Source of the DNA: an uncultured Clostridia bacterium
Lineage (GTDB): Bacteria; Bacillota; Clostridia; TANB77; CAG-508
DNA length: 64,000 nucleotides
Assembly: GCA_934183325.1 (NCBI GenBank)
Contig: CAKPSH010000006.1
Location: 1,914-65,913 of the forward strand
Direction of reading: 5' to 3'
Shown here: one piece after another, positions 22,059 to 33,874 of the stretch
How positions within the stretch are numbered: the first letter of the stretch is position 1
How the letters are laid out: each line of letters starts with the position of its first letter
Translations under genes and position numbers: made by a program
The notes under the pieces: model-generated
Database searches by the model: none
Told to the model about the DNA's origin: nothing
The model's input: the letters and a program-made list of their open reading frames with translations, nothing else

Positions 22059-23867
22059 ATGTTATTGTCAGATATGACTACATTTATAGCTTTATTAATT
22101 TCAGATTTATTTTGTATTTCTTCTGGAATTATAATATATAAGAAAATCAGCAAAAGCCAGATTAGACTGGCTTTTCTGTCTTTAAGTATTGCAATGATAA
22201 TTTGCTGTACTGGATTACTTTTACAAGATTTATTATCAATACCTTTAGGTATTCCTCCAATATATTTTGATTATTTCGTATATATTGGAAATTGCTTATT
22301 ACCTCTTTCTTTCTTTTTTACAGCACTAATTTTTACTAAAACTAAAATTTCTTTTAGTAAGGGGTATTTATTCTTTTTAATTGTTCCAATTATTTCTTTA
22401 GTTTCATTATGGACCAATGACTTACACCATTTATTTTATGTGGATTATTCCATTAATTTAACAGCAAATGTATATGGTCCAATGTTTTATTTATTTGATG
22501 CATTTACTTTGATTTTATTTGCTTTAGGAATAATATTATTTTTGAAACAGACAATTTCCAGTTCTGGTGTTTTCTCTGTTCAAAGTTTATTAATGATATT
22601 GGGGTGTTCCATCCCATTAATACAAAACATTTTGTCAACCACTAAAATCATAAATACAACTATTTACATTACACCAATCTGCTTTACTTTTACACTTTTA
22701 TTTACCGCAATTGCTGTGTTTAAATTTAAGTTTTTAAAGTCTACACCAGTTTCACTAAGAACAATTGTTGACAGAATTTCAGATAGTTATATCGTTTTAA
22801 ATGATAATTATATAATTTCTGATGTAAATGATACTTTTTTACATACTTTTAAAACTGACATTAATGAGATTATTAATACAAATATATTAGATTTTCCAAA
22901 ATTTGCAAATTATAAAGTTGATATTCAAAAGGCTTTATATAACCTAAAAAAAGTTAATAAAATTTCTGCTGATATTTCTAGTACAAATTTGAAAAAAACT
23001 TTTACTGTTGAATTTACAAATATATATTCAAAAGATGCTTTAATTGGTATTCTTGTTTTACTAAGAGATACTACTCAACATACTAATGATATGAATACTA
23101 TAAAAAATAATCAAGATATGCTTATAGAAAGAGAAAGATTGGCTTCACTTGGACAAATGATTGGAGGTATCGCTCACAATTTAAAAACTCCAATTATGTC
23201 TGTGGCTGGAGCTGTTGAAGGTTTAAATGATTTGGTTATAGAATATGAAAAGTCTGTTGGTGATCCTGAGGTTACTGTTGAAGATCACCATGCAATTGCA
23301 AGTGATATGAAAGAATGGTTAGAAAAGATTAAAACACATGTTGCTTATATGTCTGATGTTATTACTGCGGTTAAAGGACAAGCTGTTACATTTTCAGAAG
23401 ACCAATTATCTGATTTTAGTATTGATGAGTTATTAAAAATGGTTAATATATTAATGAAACACGAACTTAGCAGTGCTTGTATTAAATTAGAAGTTCAAAA
23501 TAATGTTGCTCCTTCTTCTCTACTTCATGGAAATATCAATAGCTTGGTACAAGTTGTTAATAATATAATTTCTAATTCTATACAAGCTAGTGCAAATGCT
23601 ACTAATAAGGTTATTGATTTAGTAGTTAATCAAGTTAATAGTAGTATTATTATTTCTATTAAAGATTATGGATGTGGTATGCCTAAATCAGTTCAAGAAA
23701 CTCTATTTAAAAAAATGATTACTACCAAAGGTAAAAATGGTACAGGTCTTGGAATGTTTATGTCATATTCTAACATTAAAGCTCATTTTAATGGTGATAT
23801 TACTTTTCAATCTGAAGAAGGTGTGGGTACTCAATTTGATATAATCTTACCTATCAAAAATAAATAA
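22059..23867 (+). CDS. Membrane sensor histidine kinase with a polytopic N-terminal sensor domain
   Basis: It has six or more predicted TM helices, the H-box ERERLASLGQMIGGIAHNLKTP, and HATPase_c motifs (N box, GTGLGM). Confidence 0.75.
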   Translation: MLLSDMTTFIALLISDLFCISSGIIIYKKISKSQIRLAFLSLSIAMIICCTGLLLQDLLSIPLGIPPIYFDYFVYIGNCLLPLSFFFTALIFTKTKISFSKGYLFFLIVPIISLVSLWTNDLHHLFYVDYSINLTANVYGPMFYLFDAFTLILFALGIILFLKQTISSSGVFSVQSLLMILGCSIPLIQNILSTTKIINTTIYITPICFTFTLLFTAIAVFKFKFLKSTPVSLRTIVDRISDSYIVLNDNYIISDVNDTFLHTFKTDINEIINTNILDFPKFANYKVDIQKALYNLKKVNKISADISSTNLKKTFTVEFTNIYSKDALIGILVLLRDTTQHTNDMNTIKNNQDMLIERERLASLGQMIGGIAHNLKTPIMSVAGAVEGLNDLVIEYEKSVGDPEVTVEDHHAIASDMKEWLEKIKTHVAYMSDVITAVKGQAVTFSEDQLSDFSIDELLKMVNILMKHELSSACIKLEVQNNVAPSSLLHGNINSLVQVVNNIISNSIQASANATNKVIDLVVNQVNSSIIISIKDYGCGMPKSVQETLFKKMITTKGKNGTGLGMFMSYSNIKAHFNGDITFQSEEGVGTQFDIILPIKNK

Positions 23868-23906
23868 CTATAAATAAAGAAAGAGAAAATTTTCTCTTTC
23901 TTTATT

Positions 23907-24992
23907 TTAACCAAATAATTCTCCCATATTGCTTCTGGCTATTTTTAATAATTCTCTTATAGTTTTCATTATCATCTCTTTTGTTTCACTATCTAAACTA
24001 TTATATGTAGTTAGTATTGTTTTTGCATTTTCAATTTTATTTGTTTTTAATCCTTTAAATGTTTCTACTTCTGTTGCATATATTATTTTGAAAATTGCAT
24101 CTATTACTATTTCTCTTTTAGCTGGTTCTACTTCTTCTAGCCAACCAGTTATTGTTTTGTCTATAAATTCACTTCCATTTGTCAGTTCTTCAACTCTAAT
24201 TATATTGTTTCTCATTACTTGCCAACTATATAAATCATGTTGCATAATTCCATTTGCAGTACTTTGTATTATCGTTATCCTTTCTTTATGATTCATTAGT
24301 CTTCCTATAATTGATTCTTGTGGAATATAACTTATTATTTTATCTACAATTTCCTTATATTCATTACTTTCTACTATTCTTTTTTCAAATCCTGGTCCAT
24401 CTATATTATATACATTTATAATTCTATCTTTTACTTCTTTATTTGCATATATAGCAGCATATACTGCTACATTGCCACCTTTTGAATGTCCACCCACTAT
24501 TATTTGAGCTGTTGAATATTTTTCACCAATTTCATTTAAATATTTTTTTGCAGATATTTGAGAGCCTATATCACTTTTAAATGATAAATTGAAGTCCTCT
24601 TTCCAGCCCACTATACTGCAATCAGTTCCTCTATATGATACATATATAATATTATCTGGCAAAAAGGCTGTTATTGCTGCAAACTGTTCTTCTGCTCCTT
24701 TATCAAATATATGTACGAATTTTGTGATTTTTATTTTTCCAAATCGCTCTGACTCTCCCATTAATACTATCAAATCTTTATCGTCTGGCCATAATATTTT
24801 CATTTCATTTATATTCTTTTTTTTGAATCTTTCAGCTAATTCTTTTATTGATATTTCCTCTTCTTCTTTCATTAAACTTTCTAATGGGAAATATGACAAT
24901 CTTGTTAATGCTAAATTATCAACTTCATTGAATTTAAATTCTTCTAAACTTAAATCCCCTCTCCATTTAATATAATCAATTAAATTAGACAT
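23907..24992 (-). CDS. DUF2974 (Mbeg1-like) alpha/beta-hydrolase family protein
   Basis: 361 aa with a GGHSKGG nucleophile elbow (GxSxG). Confidence 0.6.
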   Translation of the reverse strand: MSNLIDYIKWRGDLSLEEFKFNEVDNLALTRLSYFPLESLMKEEEEISIKELAERFKKKNINEMKILWPDDKDLIVLMGESERFGKIKITKFVHIFDKGAEEQFAAITAFLPDNIIYVSYRGTDCSIVGWKEDFNLSFKSDIGSQISAKKYLNEIGEKYSTAQIIVGGHSKGGNVAVYAAIYANKEVKDRIINVYNIDGPGFEKRIVESNEYKEIVDKIISYIPQESIIGRLMNHKERITIIQSTANGIMQHDLYSWQVMRNNIIRVEELTNGSEFIDKTITGWLEEVEPAKREIVIDAIFKIIYATEVETFKGLKTNKIENAKTILTTYNSLDSETKEMIMKTIRELLKIARSNMGELFG

Positions 24993-25094
24993 TTTTCCCT
25001 CCTATTTTTTTATATATTATATCACATTTATTGTAATTTTCACTATTATCACAAAATTAGATTATTAAAATATACTATTTATGGAGGTTTTATT

Positions 25095-25715
25095 ATGTTT
25101 AAAATAAATACAAATTTAATAGAAAGAGAGATGAAGTATGATAATACTGTTGTTTTGAAATATCATATTGAATATCCTTCTATTGTAATTCCTAATAATC
25201 GAAATGGTGAGCGTAAGTTTAATACATACAATGAGAAACTCGCTCTTGCTCTGCAAAAGAAAAGTGAAAATGAACTTTATAAGGAAAGTGTAGAATTATA
25301 CAAATATAATAAGTCTAATAATTATCCTATAATGGTTTATGACATTTATCGTAATTATAATGTTACTTTCAATTCTAAAGCCCTTGTTAGTTTATATTTT
25401 GATGAGTATATTTTTTCTGGTGGTGCCAATGGAAATACTACTAGAACATCTCAGACATGGGATTTTAATTATAATTATATGCTTCAACTTTATGAATTTT
25501 TTTATAAAAATCCTTACTTTTTAATTGATATTTTAAAGAAAATAAATAGTCAAATTTCTATTAATTCTAATAATTATTTTCCTGATAGCTGTAATTTAGT
25601 ATTAGAAACTTTTAATCCTTTAAATTATTATCTTACCCCTCAAGGTATCGCTATCTACTTTCAGCAATATGACATTGCTCCACACTCTTCAGGTATACCT
25701 ACTTTTATTGTATAA
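25095..25715 (+). CDS. Hypothetical protein
   Basis: 206 aa with no recognisable catalytic motif. Confidence 0.35.
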   Translation: MFKINTNLIEREMKYDNTVVLKYHIEYPSIVIPNNRNGERKFNTYNEKLALALQKKSENELYKESVELYKYNKSNNYPIMVYDIYRNYNVTFNSKALVSLYFDEYIFSGGANGNTTRTSQTWDFNYNYMLQLYEFFYKNPYFLIDILKKINSQISINSNNYFPDSCNLVLETFNPLNYYLTPQGIAIYFQQYDIAPHSSGIPTFIV

Positions 25716-25873
25716 AACAATATAATTTTTATTATTCTATGAATTTATACTAAAATAAGAGAAGTTCAAAATTATTCAACTAAATAATTTTCTTCTCTTA
25801 TTTAATATAAATATATTCTAATATATTTATATTAATACATATAGGTTATAACAACATTGTTTACTTATATTTT

Positions 25874-28108
25874 ATTTACATTCTATTATATTTATATTAT
25901 TACATATATTATTGAGCCTTCTCTCTTATCTATTGTATCATTTACATTCTAGTATATTTGTATTATTTCTCTTTAAGAGTAATACCATCATATCCAACTT
26001 TTACATTCTAATATATTTGTATTAATACTCGGAACTATTGAAGTTGAAACTTCTTTGATTGGAAAATTTACATTCTAATATATTTATATATTAATAGTCA
26101 TTCAAGACTTAAAAAAGTATTTATATTCTAGTATATTTATATTAATACCTTGAACCTTATGCAAACAGAAATGATAGAAGACCACTTTACATTCTAATAT
26201 ATTTATATTAATACTTGCTGTGCTTCAGTTCCAAACCGAGGCATACATTAATTTACATTCTAGTATATTTATATTAATACTGTTTTTCCTAAATCATCTT
26301 CTGCAGTATAAAACTCATTTACATTCTATTATATTTATATTAATACTAATAAGAGCAATTGGAATGATTATATTATTTACATTCTAATGTATTTATATTA
26401 GAATTGTTTATATTGTTTTACGCCAATAGCATCATTTATATTCTAATATACTTATATTAATACTTTACAAATTTTGAATATGCACCATATGTTGAGTTAC
26501 TTACATTCTATTATACCTAAATTAATATTGTATTTGATTAAATGCTTGTCTTAAACATATGCTCCTTACATTCCAATATGTTTGTATTAATACTTCTTAT
26601 TTACTTTTTGTAAGAGTGTACGAAAGTAATTTATATTCTAATATATTTATATTAATACCAGTATGTAATATACCTATAAATGAAATTACATTAAAATTTA
26701 CATTCTAATATATTTATATTAATACTACTAAGACAATATGGTAAAGTAGAAATACAAGCAATATTTACATTCTAATATATTTATATTAATACAAGTATAA
26801 CTCTAATTTCATAAAAATCACCATCCTGTATTTACATTCTAATATATTTATATTAATACCTAATAATTTTTTCCAACCTGCAAGGTCAGGTGTATTTACA
26901 TTCTAATATATTTATATTAATACTTACAGCTAGAATTATAGGAATTTTTAGATAGAAATTTACATTCTAATATATTTATATTAATACCTTTTTGAAATCT
27001 CCAATAATACCAGCTCTTGTAGTATTTACATTCTAATATATTTATATTAATGCTTTTACAAAACCACAAAATTTTTATTCAATTTCAGCATTTACATTCT
27101 AATATATTTATATTAATACAGAGCGTCTAATTTCTGATGAAGTTAACAGGTCGCAATTTACATTCTAATATATTTATATTAATACAACGTGCAAACACAA
27201 CAGACAATGAATGTTGGTATTTATTTACATTCTAATATATTTATATTAATACGCAGTCAAATATCCATAAAGGTAATTTGATGTATTTATTTACATTCTA
27301 ATATATTTATATTAATACTTGAAGCTGATAAATTGAATTGCAGCGAAGACGATATTTACATTCTAATATATTTATATTAATACAGTAAATTTTTCCATTT
27401 TTCAAGATGAGATTTTAAATATTTACATTCTAATATATTTATATTAATACTGTGGACCAAAATGTAGTAGATGTCATAAATTTATTATTTACATTCTAAT
27501 ATATTTATATTAATACATAAGACAAAGTACCTCTGTTGGTAAAGCTTTCCCAATTTACATTCTAATATATTTATATTAATACTTAATCGTTTTTTATATT
27601 ATAATTGAATCTCAAAATTTACATTCTAATATATTTATATTAATACAAACTACTATCATAAATAATCTTACAAGTGTATTCCATTTACATTCTAATATAT
27701 TTATATTAATACATAATTGATTATTTTATGGGAATGTGTACAATGTTATTTACATTCTAATATATTTATATTAATACCAGGTGTTAGCTCTTGCAACATC
27801 ATTAGCAAGTGTATTTACATTCTAATATATTTATATTAATACCAGGTGTATTCCTGGACGTGGTATGCCAGCCCGCAATTTACATTCTAATATATTTATA
27901 TTAATACACTTTGTGTAAATTCGTAAAAACTATAATTATAAGTACATTTACATTCTAATATATTTATATTAATACGGAAATCACGACGAAGCAAGATTAC
28001 AAGAATTACTATTTACATTCTAATATATTTATATTAATACTTCTGTCGTTCTTGACTGTAATTCAATTATAGTACTTTATTTACATTCTAATATATTTAT
28101 ATTAATAC
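25874..28108 (-). CRISPR. CRISPR array of 35 repeats of 30 bp. The repeat on the transcribed (minus) strand is GTATTAATATAAATATATTAGAATGTAAAT. There are 34 spacers of about 34-38 bp.
   Basis: The repeat period is about 64-68 bp. The seven or so repeats at the leader-proximal end (~27683-28108) are identical, while the far end (25874-26700) carries point variants and shorter spacers. The repeat ends in ...GTAAAT, as clostridial I-B repeats do. The leader side abuts cas2. Confidence 0.95.
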
Positions 28109-28293
28109 AGCTTCTAATTAGCACTACTATTTGTAATGCTTTCGCATATCATATCTGTCGTACTTCCTTTATCGTATCATAAATTTTATTTTAAATCTAT
28201 ATTTTTTATAATAAAAACTAATATATGTTATATTCTATCTCATCTGTCTTTCTACTGTATTTTCTACACAATTACACATCGACAGAAAATCTC
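28109..28293 (-). promoter_or_regulatory. CRISPR leader: an AT-rich region between cas2 and the first repeat
   Basis: This is a 185-bp AT-rich non-coding segment, and the repeats next to it are the perfect copies. Confidence 0.5.
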
Positions 28294-28620
28294 TTATAGA
28301 AAATTATCAGTTTTATCATCTTCAATCATTCCTAAAAATTCTTTTTCCATCCATTTTTGATTTCTACTTTTAAATAAAATTACACTATCTTTATCTTCTC
28401 TTATATATTTATCAAGTTCACTTTTTAATTTCATAGCTTGCGATTCTAAAAGCTCTCCTTCAAATACAGAGTTCTGAATATGCACCAAATATTTCTTGCA
28501 TATTTTAAAAACATTTCTCAATATTTTATGTCCTTCTTTATGCTCAAGGTTTATATCATATACTAAAATAACATACATTTTACCACCACATTTTAAATCC
28601 TTCATATTCTTCATCTTCAA
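28294..28620 (-). CDS. cas2: CRISPR-associated endoribonuclease Cas2
   Basis: 108 aa, MYVILVYDI... with a Cas2 fold signature. It overlaps the cas1 3' end. Confidence 0.85.
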   Translation of the reverse strand: MKMKNMKDLKCGGKMYVILVYDINLEHKEGHKILRNVFKICKKYLVHIQNSVFEGELLESQAMKLKSELDKYIREDKDSVILFKSRNQKWMEKEFLGMIEDDKTDNFL

Positions 28621-29572
28621 GTAAATGCTTAATTAATTTATATACTTCTAGTCTTATTAAATATTCATAACTAACTTCTCTCTCTAATTTTTTATGCTTA
28701 ATTTTGGTTTGTAATCTCAAATCAATTTCTCTTGTTATCTCTTTTCTTGCACTCTCTTTGATATATGTAAAATTAAGACCTTCTTCAAAATCTTTCTCAG
28801 TTATTTGTCTCTTGTTAAGCATTGAAAAGATTAATCTATCTGCTATAATTGGTTTAAAAATCTCTGAAATATCTAAGCACAATGAAAATCTTCTTTCAGA
28901 TGGCTCATGTAAATAACTTATTGTTGGATTTAATTGAGTTTTATAAATTTCGCTTAAAACTCTTGTATATATGATTGTATTAACATACGAAATTAATGAA
29001 TTTATTGCATTATCTGGTGGATTTTTTACTCTTTTTTCAAAGGCAATATCCTGATTTATTATAACATTCCAAGAATCATAATAAACCTTTCGGATATTTC
29101 CTTCTATTCCCATTAGCTCCGGAACATCATTACATAGTTTTATTTGAGTTCTTAAAAACTCTATTTCCTTCATATATTCTTTAAGATTTTTTCCTCTATT
29201 ATTATAATAAGTTAAATTTCGATAAATATTATATGAACCAGCATCTATAAATGCTTTTGCAATATTAATTCTTTTCTCTTTATCATTATAATGCTCAACT
29301 TGTTTGATTAATAATTTTCCAGAAACAAGAGACTCTTTTGGATAATATGTTCCTGTGTAAAATCCATAATAGTTAAAGAAATGTATATTTATTCCAAATT
29401 GAGATAAAAAATTTAATAAATTTGTATTAAAATCTAGTTCTGTCATCACATAAATGTCATCTACTCTTTCAACAGGAATACTCTTTTTTGTATTATCTTT
29501 ATATACTATTTCTAATGTATTATCTTTTCTTTGTAGTCTACCATTTTTGTATAAATAATATGATTGTTTCAT
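28580..29572 (-). CDS. cas1: CRISPR-associated integrase Cas1
   Basis: 330 aa, Cas1 I-B type. Confidence 0.9.
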   Translation of the reverse strand: MKQSYYLYKNGRLQRKDNTLEIVYKDNTKKSIPVERVDDIYVMTELDFNTNLLNFLSQFGINIHFFNYYGFYTGTYYPKESLVSGKLLIKQVEHYNDKEKRINIAKAFIDAGSYNIYRNLTYYNNRGKNLKEYMKEIEFLRTQIKLCNDVPELMGIEGNIRKVYYDSWNVIINQDIAFEKRVKNPPDNAINSLISYVNTIIYTRVLSEIYKTQLNPTISYLHEPSERRFSLCLDISEIFKPIIADRLIFSMLNKRQITEKDFEEGLNFTYIKESARKEITREIDLRLQTKIKHKKLEREVSYEYLIRLEVYKLIKHLLEDEEYEGFKMWW

Positions 29573-29599
29573 TATTTAACAATTCCTTTCTATATATTT

Positions 29600-30088
29600 T
29601 TATACATAACACAAATCAAAGTAAGAACATTTTTTACATATTTTTGAGTTAATTATTTTAGGTGGCTTATCTTGTCTTACTATACTTTCAATATTTTCTA
29701 CAACATTTTTTAGTATTTCTCTATCATTATCTTCTAATATAATTTTCCTGTTTTCTCGTATTAATGGAAAATCAATTTCTGCCTTAATGTTTTTTATTCC
29801 TTTTTGTTCCAAATAATATATATAATATTTTAACTGCCATATACCAGCATCTTCAATTGATTTTGTCTTCTTTACTTCATGTAATACTGCTCCATCATTT
29901 ATAAAATCTATATTTATAGTATTATCTATTAAAATTCCTTTCTTTTCTCTTTTATATGTTGTTTCATCTATTAATTTTCCAATTTGTACTAATTCACTAT
30001 TTTGCTCCATATTAATTTGATTTGTAAAATACCATAGTTTTCTTTCACATATAAAGTAATAATAAACCATTATTCCTGTTATATTCAT
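29600..30088 (-). CDS. cas4: Cas4 RecB-like nuclease
   Basis: 162 aa with the C-terminal CKKCSYFDLC cysteine cluster. Confidence 0.8.
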   Translation of the reverse strand: MNITGIMVYYYFICERKLWYFTNQINMEQNSELVQIGKLIDETTYKREKKGILIDNTINIDFINDGAVLHEVKKTKSIEDAGIWQLKYYIYYLEQKGIKNIKAEIDFPLIRENRKIILEDNDREILKNVVENIESIVRQDKPPKIINSKICKKCSYFDLCYV

Positions 30089-30100
30089 TAATTTCTCCTA

Positions 30101-32353
30101 TTATAATTCTCTAGAATTTATTGAATAATCTTCATCTTCCTCTAAAACTAGTCCTTTTTCATTATCATATTTTGTGTCTATAATATACTTTCCTTTTACA
30201 TAAGGACACTCTGTTATAAAACTATGTAGTTTATATTTGTTTTTACTATTAATTGATATAAATAGTTTATCAATTTTCCTTTTTAATTCGTATTTTTTCT
30301 TTGTTTCTCTTTCATTTTCATATTCATCAAATAATTTAAGATTTTCATCATATATAGTCTTTGGAATTACATCAATGTTATCAATATTTCTTAAAATATG
30401 TTGTGCATCCTTTTTGCTTGTATCATAATCTACTATATTATTAAGTACCCTGAATGCATTTTTGAATTTTTTATAAAACTCCGTCTCTTGTAACATTTCT
30501 TTTGAATATAATTTATCAACTAACTCAATTTTTACTTTTTCCTTTAAGATTTCATTATCATATTGCATTAATAGCTCTATACTTTTATCATAAATCTCTT
30601 TATCATATATATATCCAACTCCACTATTATCCTTTATATATATTTTAATATTTGGTACTTTTTCTTTATATTCTCTGCTTCTATAACATCTTCCTAATCT
30701 TTGAAATAAACTATCTAAAGTTGACATTTCTGTATATAAAATATCAAAATCTATATCTAGCGATGCTTCAACAATTTGTGTTGTTATCCATATTCCAACT
30801 TCATTTCTATTCTTAGAAAAGTCTTTTATATTTTTTTCTTTCTCTCCTCTATCTTCTTGTATAAATCTTGAATGTAATAAATTTATATTTGAGACTTCCT
30901 GCTCCTTTAACTTATCATATATTTCAATAGCCTTATTTATTGTATTAACAATTATTAGAACTTTTTTATTTTTTGATTTTTCTTTTATTTCATCTATATC
31001 CTGCTCTATCCCTGAATTTATTAATTGGATTTTATGCCTTACAGTTTCTTTTGTAAATTCACTATATTTAAATTTTATTCCCATCTCTTCTAGTTTTTCT
31101 TTATATATTCTTGGCAGTGTAGCTGTCATAATCATGAATTTTCCATTCAAATTATTTATCATTTGTAAACCTTTTAGAATAATAGCTACTATTTCTGGTG
31201 AATATGCTTGTATTTCATCAATTATAATTTTAGAATAACCTAGTGTTGCATAAATTTTTTCATACCCTCTATATTTAAATACAAAAGGAAAAATCTGATC
31301 TATTGTACATGTAGTTATTTTTTCATATAAATTTCTAGATTGTTCTATTTTTATTAATTCATTTTCTTCATTTTTTTCATCCAAATAATCTACCGCTGTG
31401 GAATGTATTAATCCAACATGTTCATATTCAATTACATCTTTTATTCTATCATAAATTGCATTTATACTTATTCTTAACGGCAATGTAAAAAATGTTTTAT
31501 CATTATTACTCCATAATAATGCTCCTTCTGTTTTTCCAATTCCTGTAGATCCAATTACTATTACATTTTCATTTTGATTTTCTTTTGCAAATTGTTGCAA
31601 ATCATTCGGTTCAAATTTCTGCTTCTTCATAAATTTTTCTACGAATTCTGAAATTTCATCATTTGTTTCATCTTCAACTGATATCCAGGCTGAACTACAA
31701 TGGTCTAATCTATGGAGTAATCCTTTCATTATACAAAAGTCTTTATATTCTTCATCAAATTCAGTTATTCTGGCCTGTCCTTCTACCATTCCTAAATAAG
31801 TAGTTTTTAATTCTGGTACTTGTATTTGTAAATCTTTTTCTATTTTTTCAATGTTTGGCTCTATGTCTTTTTTTATTATTTTTTCTAATAAATCTCTATC
31901 AACATGAATTGTGTTATTCCTCTCATGATGATAATAAATAGCTTGATATACTAATTTCCTTTCTGTTTTTGTCATCTCATAATTTTTATATGGAACAAAC
32001 ATTGGAGATATTTGTTCATGTTTTATTTCTTCATTATTAAATTCAGTAATAATAAGTTGTTCTCCTATTGCTTTTCTTATCACATTTTGAAATCCAGAAT
32101 ACGCTTTTCCTACATCATGATATTTACATATTATTTCCATTAATGTCCAGAATCTTTCTTCAGGAATATCTACTATCTGTATGATTTTCTTACCATATTT
32201 TTTCTTTAAAATTTCTAAATTTTCTAATAATTTATCTGTATGCTCTTTTATTGTTTCTATCGGATTTGATTTTGCATAATATTTATAATCCATTCTGAAT
32301 CCTTTCACTATAAAAGTAAATATTGTCGCCATCTTCATCTTGCAGCACTTCAT
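30101..32353 (-). CDS. cas3: Cas3 HD nuclease / SF2 helicase
   Basis: It has an N-terminal HD motif (YHDVGK), a helicase motif I (GSTGIGKTE) and a DEIQ box. The true start may be an internal Met, because the listed N-terminus overlaps cas5. Confidence 0.9.
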   Translation of the reverse strand: MKCCKMKMATIFTFIVKGFRMDYKYYAKSNPIETIKEHTDKLLENLEILKKKYGKKIIQIVDIPEERFWTLMEIICKYHDVGKAYSGFQNVIRKAIGEQLIITEFNNEEIKHEQISPMFVPYKNYEMTKTERKLVYQAIYYHHERNNTIHVDRDLLEKIIKKDIEPNIEKIEKDLQIQVPELKTTYLGMVEGQARITEFDEEYKDFCIMKGLLHRLDHCSSAWISVEDETNDEISEFVEKFMKKQKFEPNDLQQFAKENQNENVIVIGSTGIGKTEGALLWSNNDKTFFTLPLRISINAIYDRIKDVIEYEHVGLIHSTAVDYLDEKNEENELIKIEQSRNLYEKITTCTIDQIFPFVFKYRGYEKIYATLGYSKIIIDEIQAYSPEIVAIILKGLQMINNLNGKFMIMTATLPRIYKEKLEEMGIKFKYSEFTKETVRHKIQLINSGIEQDIDEIKEKSKNKKVLIIVNTINKAIEIYDKLKEQEVSNINLLHSRFIQEDRGEKEKNIKDFSKNRNEVGIWITTQIVEASLDIDFDILYTEMSTLDSLFQRLGRCYRSREYKEKVPNIKIYIKDNSGVGYIYDKEIYDKSIELLMQYDNEILKEKVKIELVDKLYSKEMLQETEFYKKFKNAFRVLNNIVDYDTSKKDAQHILRNIDNIDVIPKTIYDENLKLFDEYENERETKKKYELKRKIDKLFISINSKNKYKLHSFITECPYVKGKYIIDTKYDNEKGLVLEEDEDYSINSREL

Positions 32354-32948
32354 CTAAATTTTTATTTGTATGCTGCTCCACAAATTTTACATTTACCTTA
32401 TTCCATTTTCTGATATCATTTTGTATTGTATATGTTGTATTCAATCTATAATTTATTCCATCAATTTTTTCATCTATCCATTCTGGAATATATGCATTGT
32501 TTTTTATTTCGGCATCTTCAACTTCTTCTACATTGTCCAAAATTTTTATTTCATCTACTCTTACAAGATCCTCATTTCTTCCTAGAGTAAATGTTTCTAT
32601 TCCATTTATTATATTTTGATATATTTTATTTATTGTTTCATCTTTTGCTTCTATATGTATAATTAAATGTACATCTAATAACTGATGAACATTTCTTGGC
32701 ATTGATGTTACTTTGTCTTTTCCTTTATACATTCTTAAATTCTGATAATTACTAAAAATTCCTTCATAACTTCCTTGTACAGATACATTCATTGGGAAAT
32801 ATTCACCAGGTTTTGCTTGAAGTATTTTATGAAACATTCCTATTATCGTTGAATATGGAGGTAATGGATATGTTTCTGCCACTTTTGTTGCAAATGGCTT
32901 TTTATAACAAGCTGTTTCTTGATATAGTCTTAGTTTTAAAATTTTCAT
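32283..32948 (-). CDS. cas5: Cas5 (subtype I-B)
   Basis: 221 aa, sitting in the cas7-cas3 position of the I-B operon. Confidence 0.75.
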   Translation of the reverse strand: MKILKLRLYQETACYKKPFATKVAETYPLPPYSTIIGMFHKILQAKPGEYFPMNVSVQGSYEGIFSNYQNLRMYKGKDKVTSMPRNVHQLLDVHLIIHIEAKDETINKIYQNIINGIETFTLGRNEDLVRVDEIKILDNVEEVEDAEIKNNAYIPEWIDEKIDGINYRLNTTYTIQNDIRKWNKVNVKFVEQHTNKNLDEVLQDEDGDNIYFYSERIQNGL

Positions 32949-32965
32949 TTATACTAATCCTTTCT

Positions 32966-33874
32966 TTAGGCTTTATAATACTCATTTACTTTTGCTTTTA
33001 ATTCTTTGAAAAATTCTTCTATATTTGTTGTTTTTCCTTTAAAAATTTCTTCTATTTCTGTTTCATTTTTAAATGTATTTTTTAGCATACCTACTTTTGT
33101 ATCATCATAAATTGATTTATCTCCAATTGTTAATGTTGTTGTATCTTTTAGCATTTCTGTATCAATACTGAATTCACCATTTTTTCCATTTAATTTTATC
33201 CTTCCTAAAAAGAAAGGTGAATTTATATCATATATTCCGCCTATTACAAATACAGGACTTAAATTTTCTTCTCTTCCCCTTATTTCTCTATTTAATACTT
33301 TTATAATATCTAATAATTGAGTTACTCTTTCTGTTTTCTCTTCATTTGAAATCTCTATGTTTTCATCTTTTCCAATCTTTTCCAAGTCAATTGTTATTGT
33401 ATATGTATAATAGCTTAAATGTTGTTCTACATTGGCAAGATTTGGAAACTCGTTAATTCTATCTGCTAATCCTTTATTGTTTAAAAAATCCATATCACTT
33501 TTATATTCTTCCAACGAAATTGCATTACTTAATCTAACAGCTGCACTTCTTATATTTGAGCCATCGTTCTTAGCTGTTTTCATATATCCAAATAAATCCA
33601 TTTCTTGTGAATCTTTAATTGTTAATTCATCATCAAACTGTATTGTACCTTTTTCTTTATTTACTACCTCTAAATTCCAATTAAATAATTTATTTCCAAT
33701 TCTTACTATGTCATATCTTAATGCTTGTCTAGAAGCATATGTATAAACACTTCCATCACCTCTTGTTAGTTTTTTTAATTCAGATATATTTCCTATTCCT
33801 TCTCCATAATTTAAACTTTGACCTTTAAATACTAGAGTAATTGATAATCCTTTTTTATTTTTTATATTATCCAT
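32966..33874 (-). CDS. cas7: Cas7 (Csh2, subtype I-B)
   Basis: 302 aa. Its position and size fit the I-B backbone subunit. Confidence 0.75.
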   Translation of the reverse strand: MDNIKNKKGLSITLVFKGQSLNYGEGIGNISELKKLTRGDGSVYTYASRQALRYDIVRIGNKLFNWNLEVVNKEKGTIQFDDELTIKDSQEMDLFGYMKTAKNDGSNIRSAAVRLSNAISLEEYKSDMDFLNNKGLADRINEFPNLANVEQHLSYYTYTITIDLEKIGKDENIEISNEEKTERVTQLLDIIKVLNREIRGREENLSPVFVIGGIYDINSPFFLGRIKLNGKNGEFSIDTEMLKDTTTLTIGDKSIYDDTKVGMLKNTFKNETEIEEIFKGKTTNIEEFFKELKAKVNEYYKA

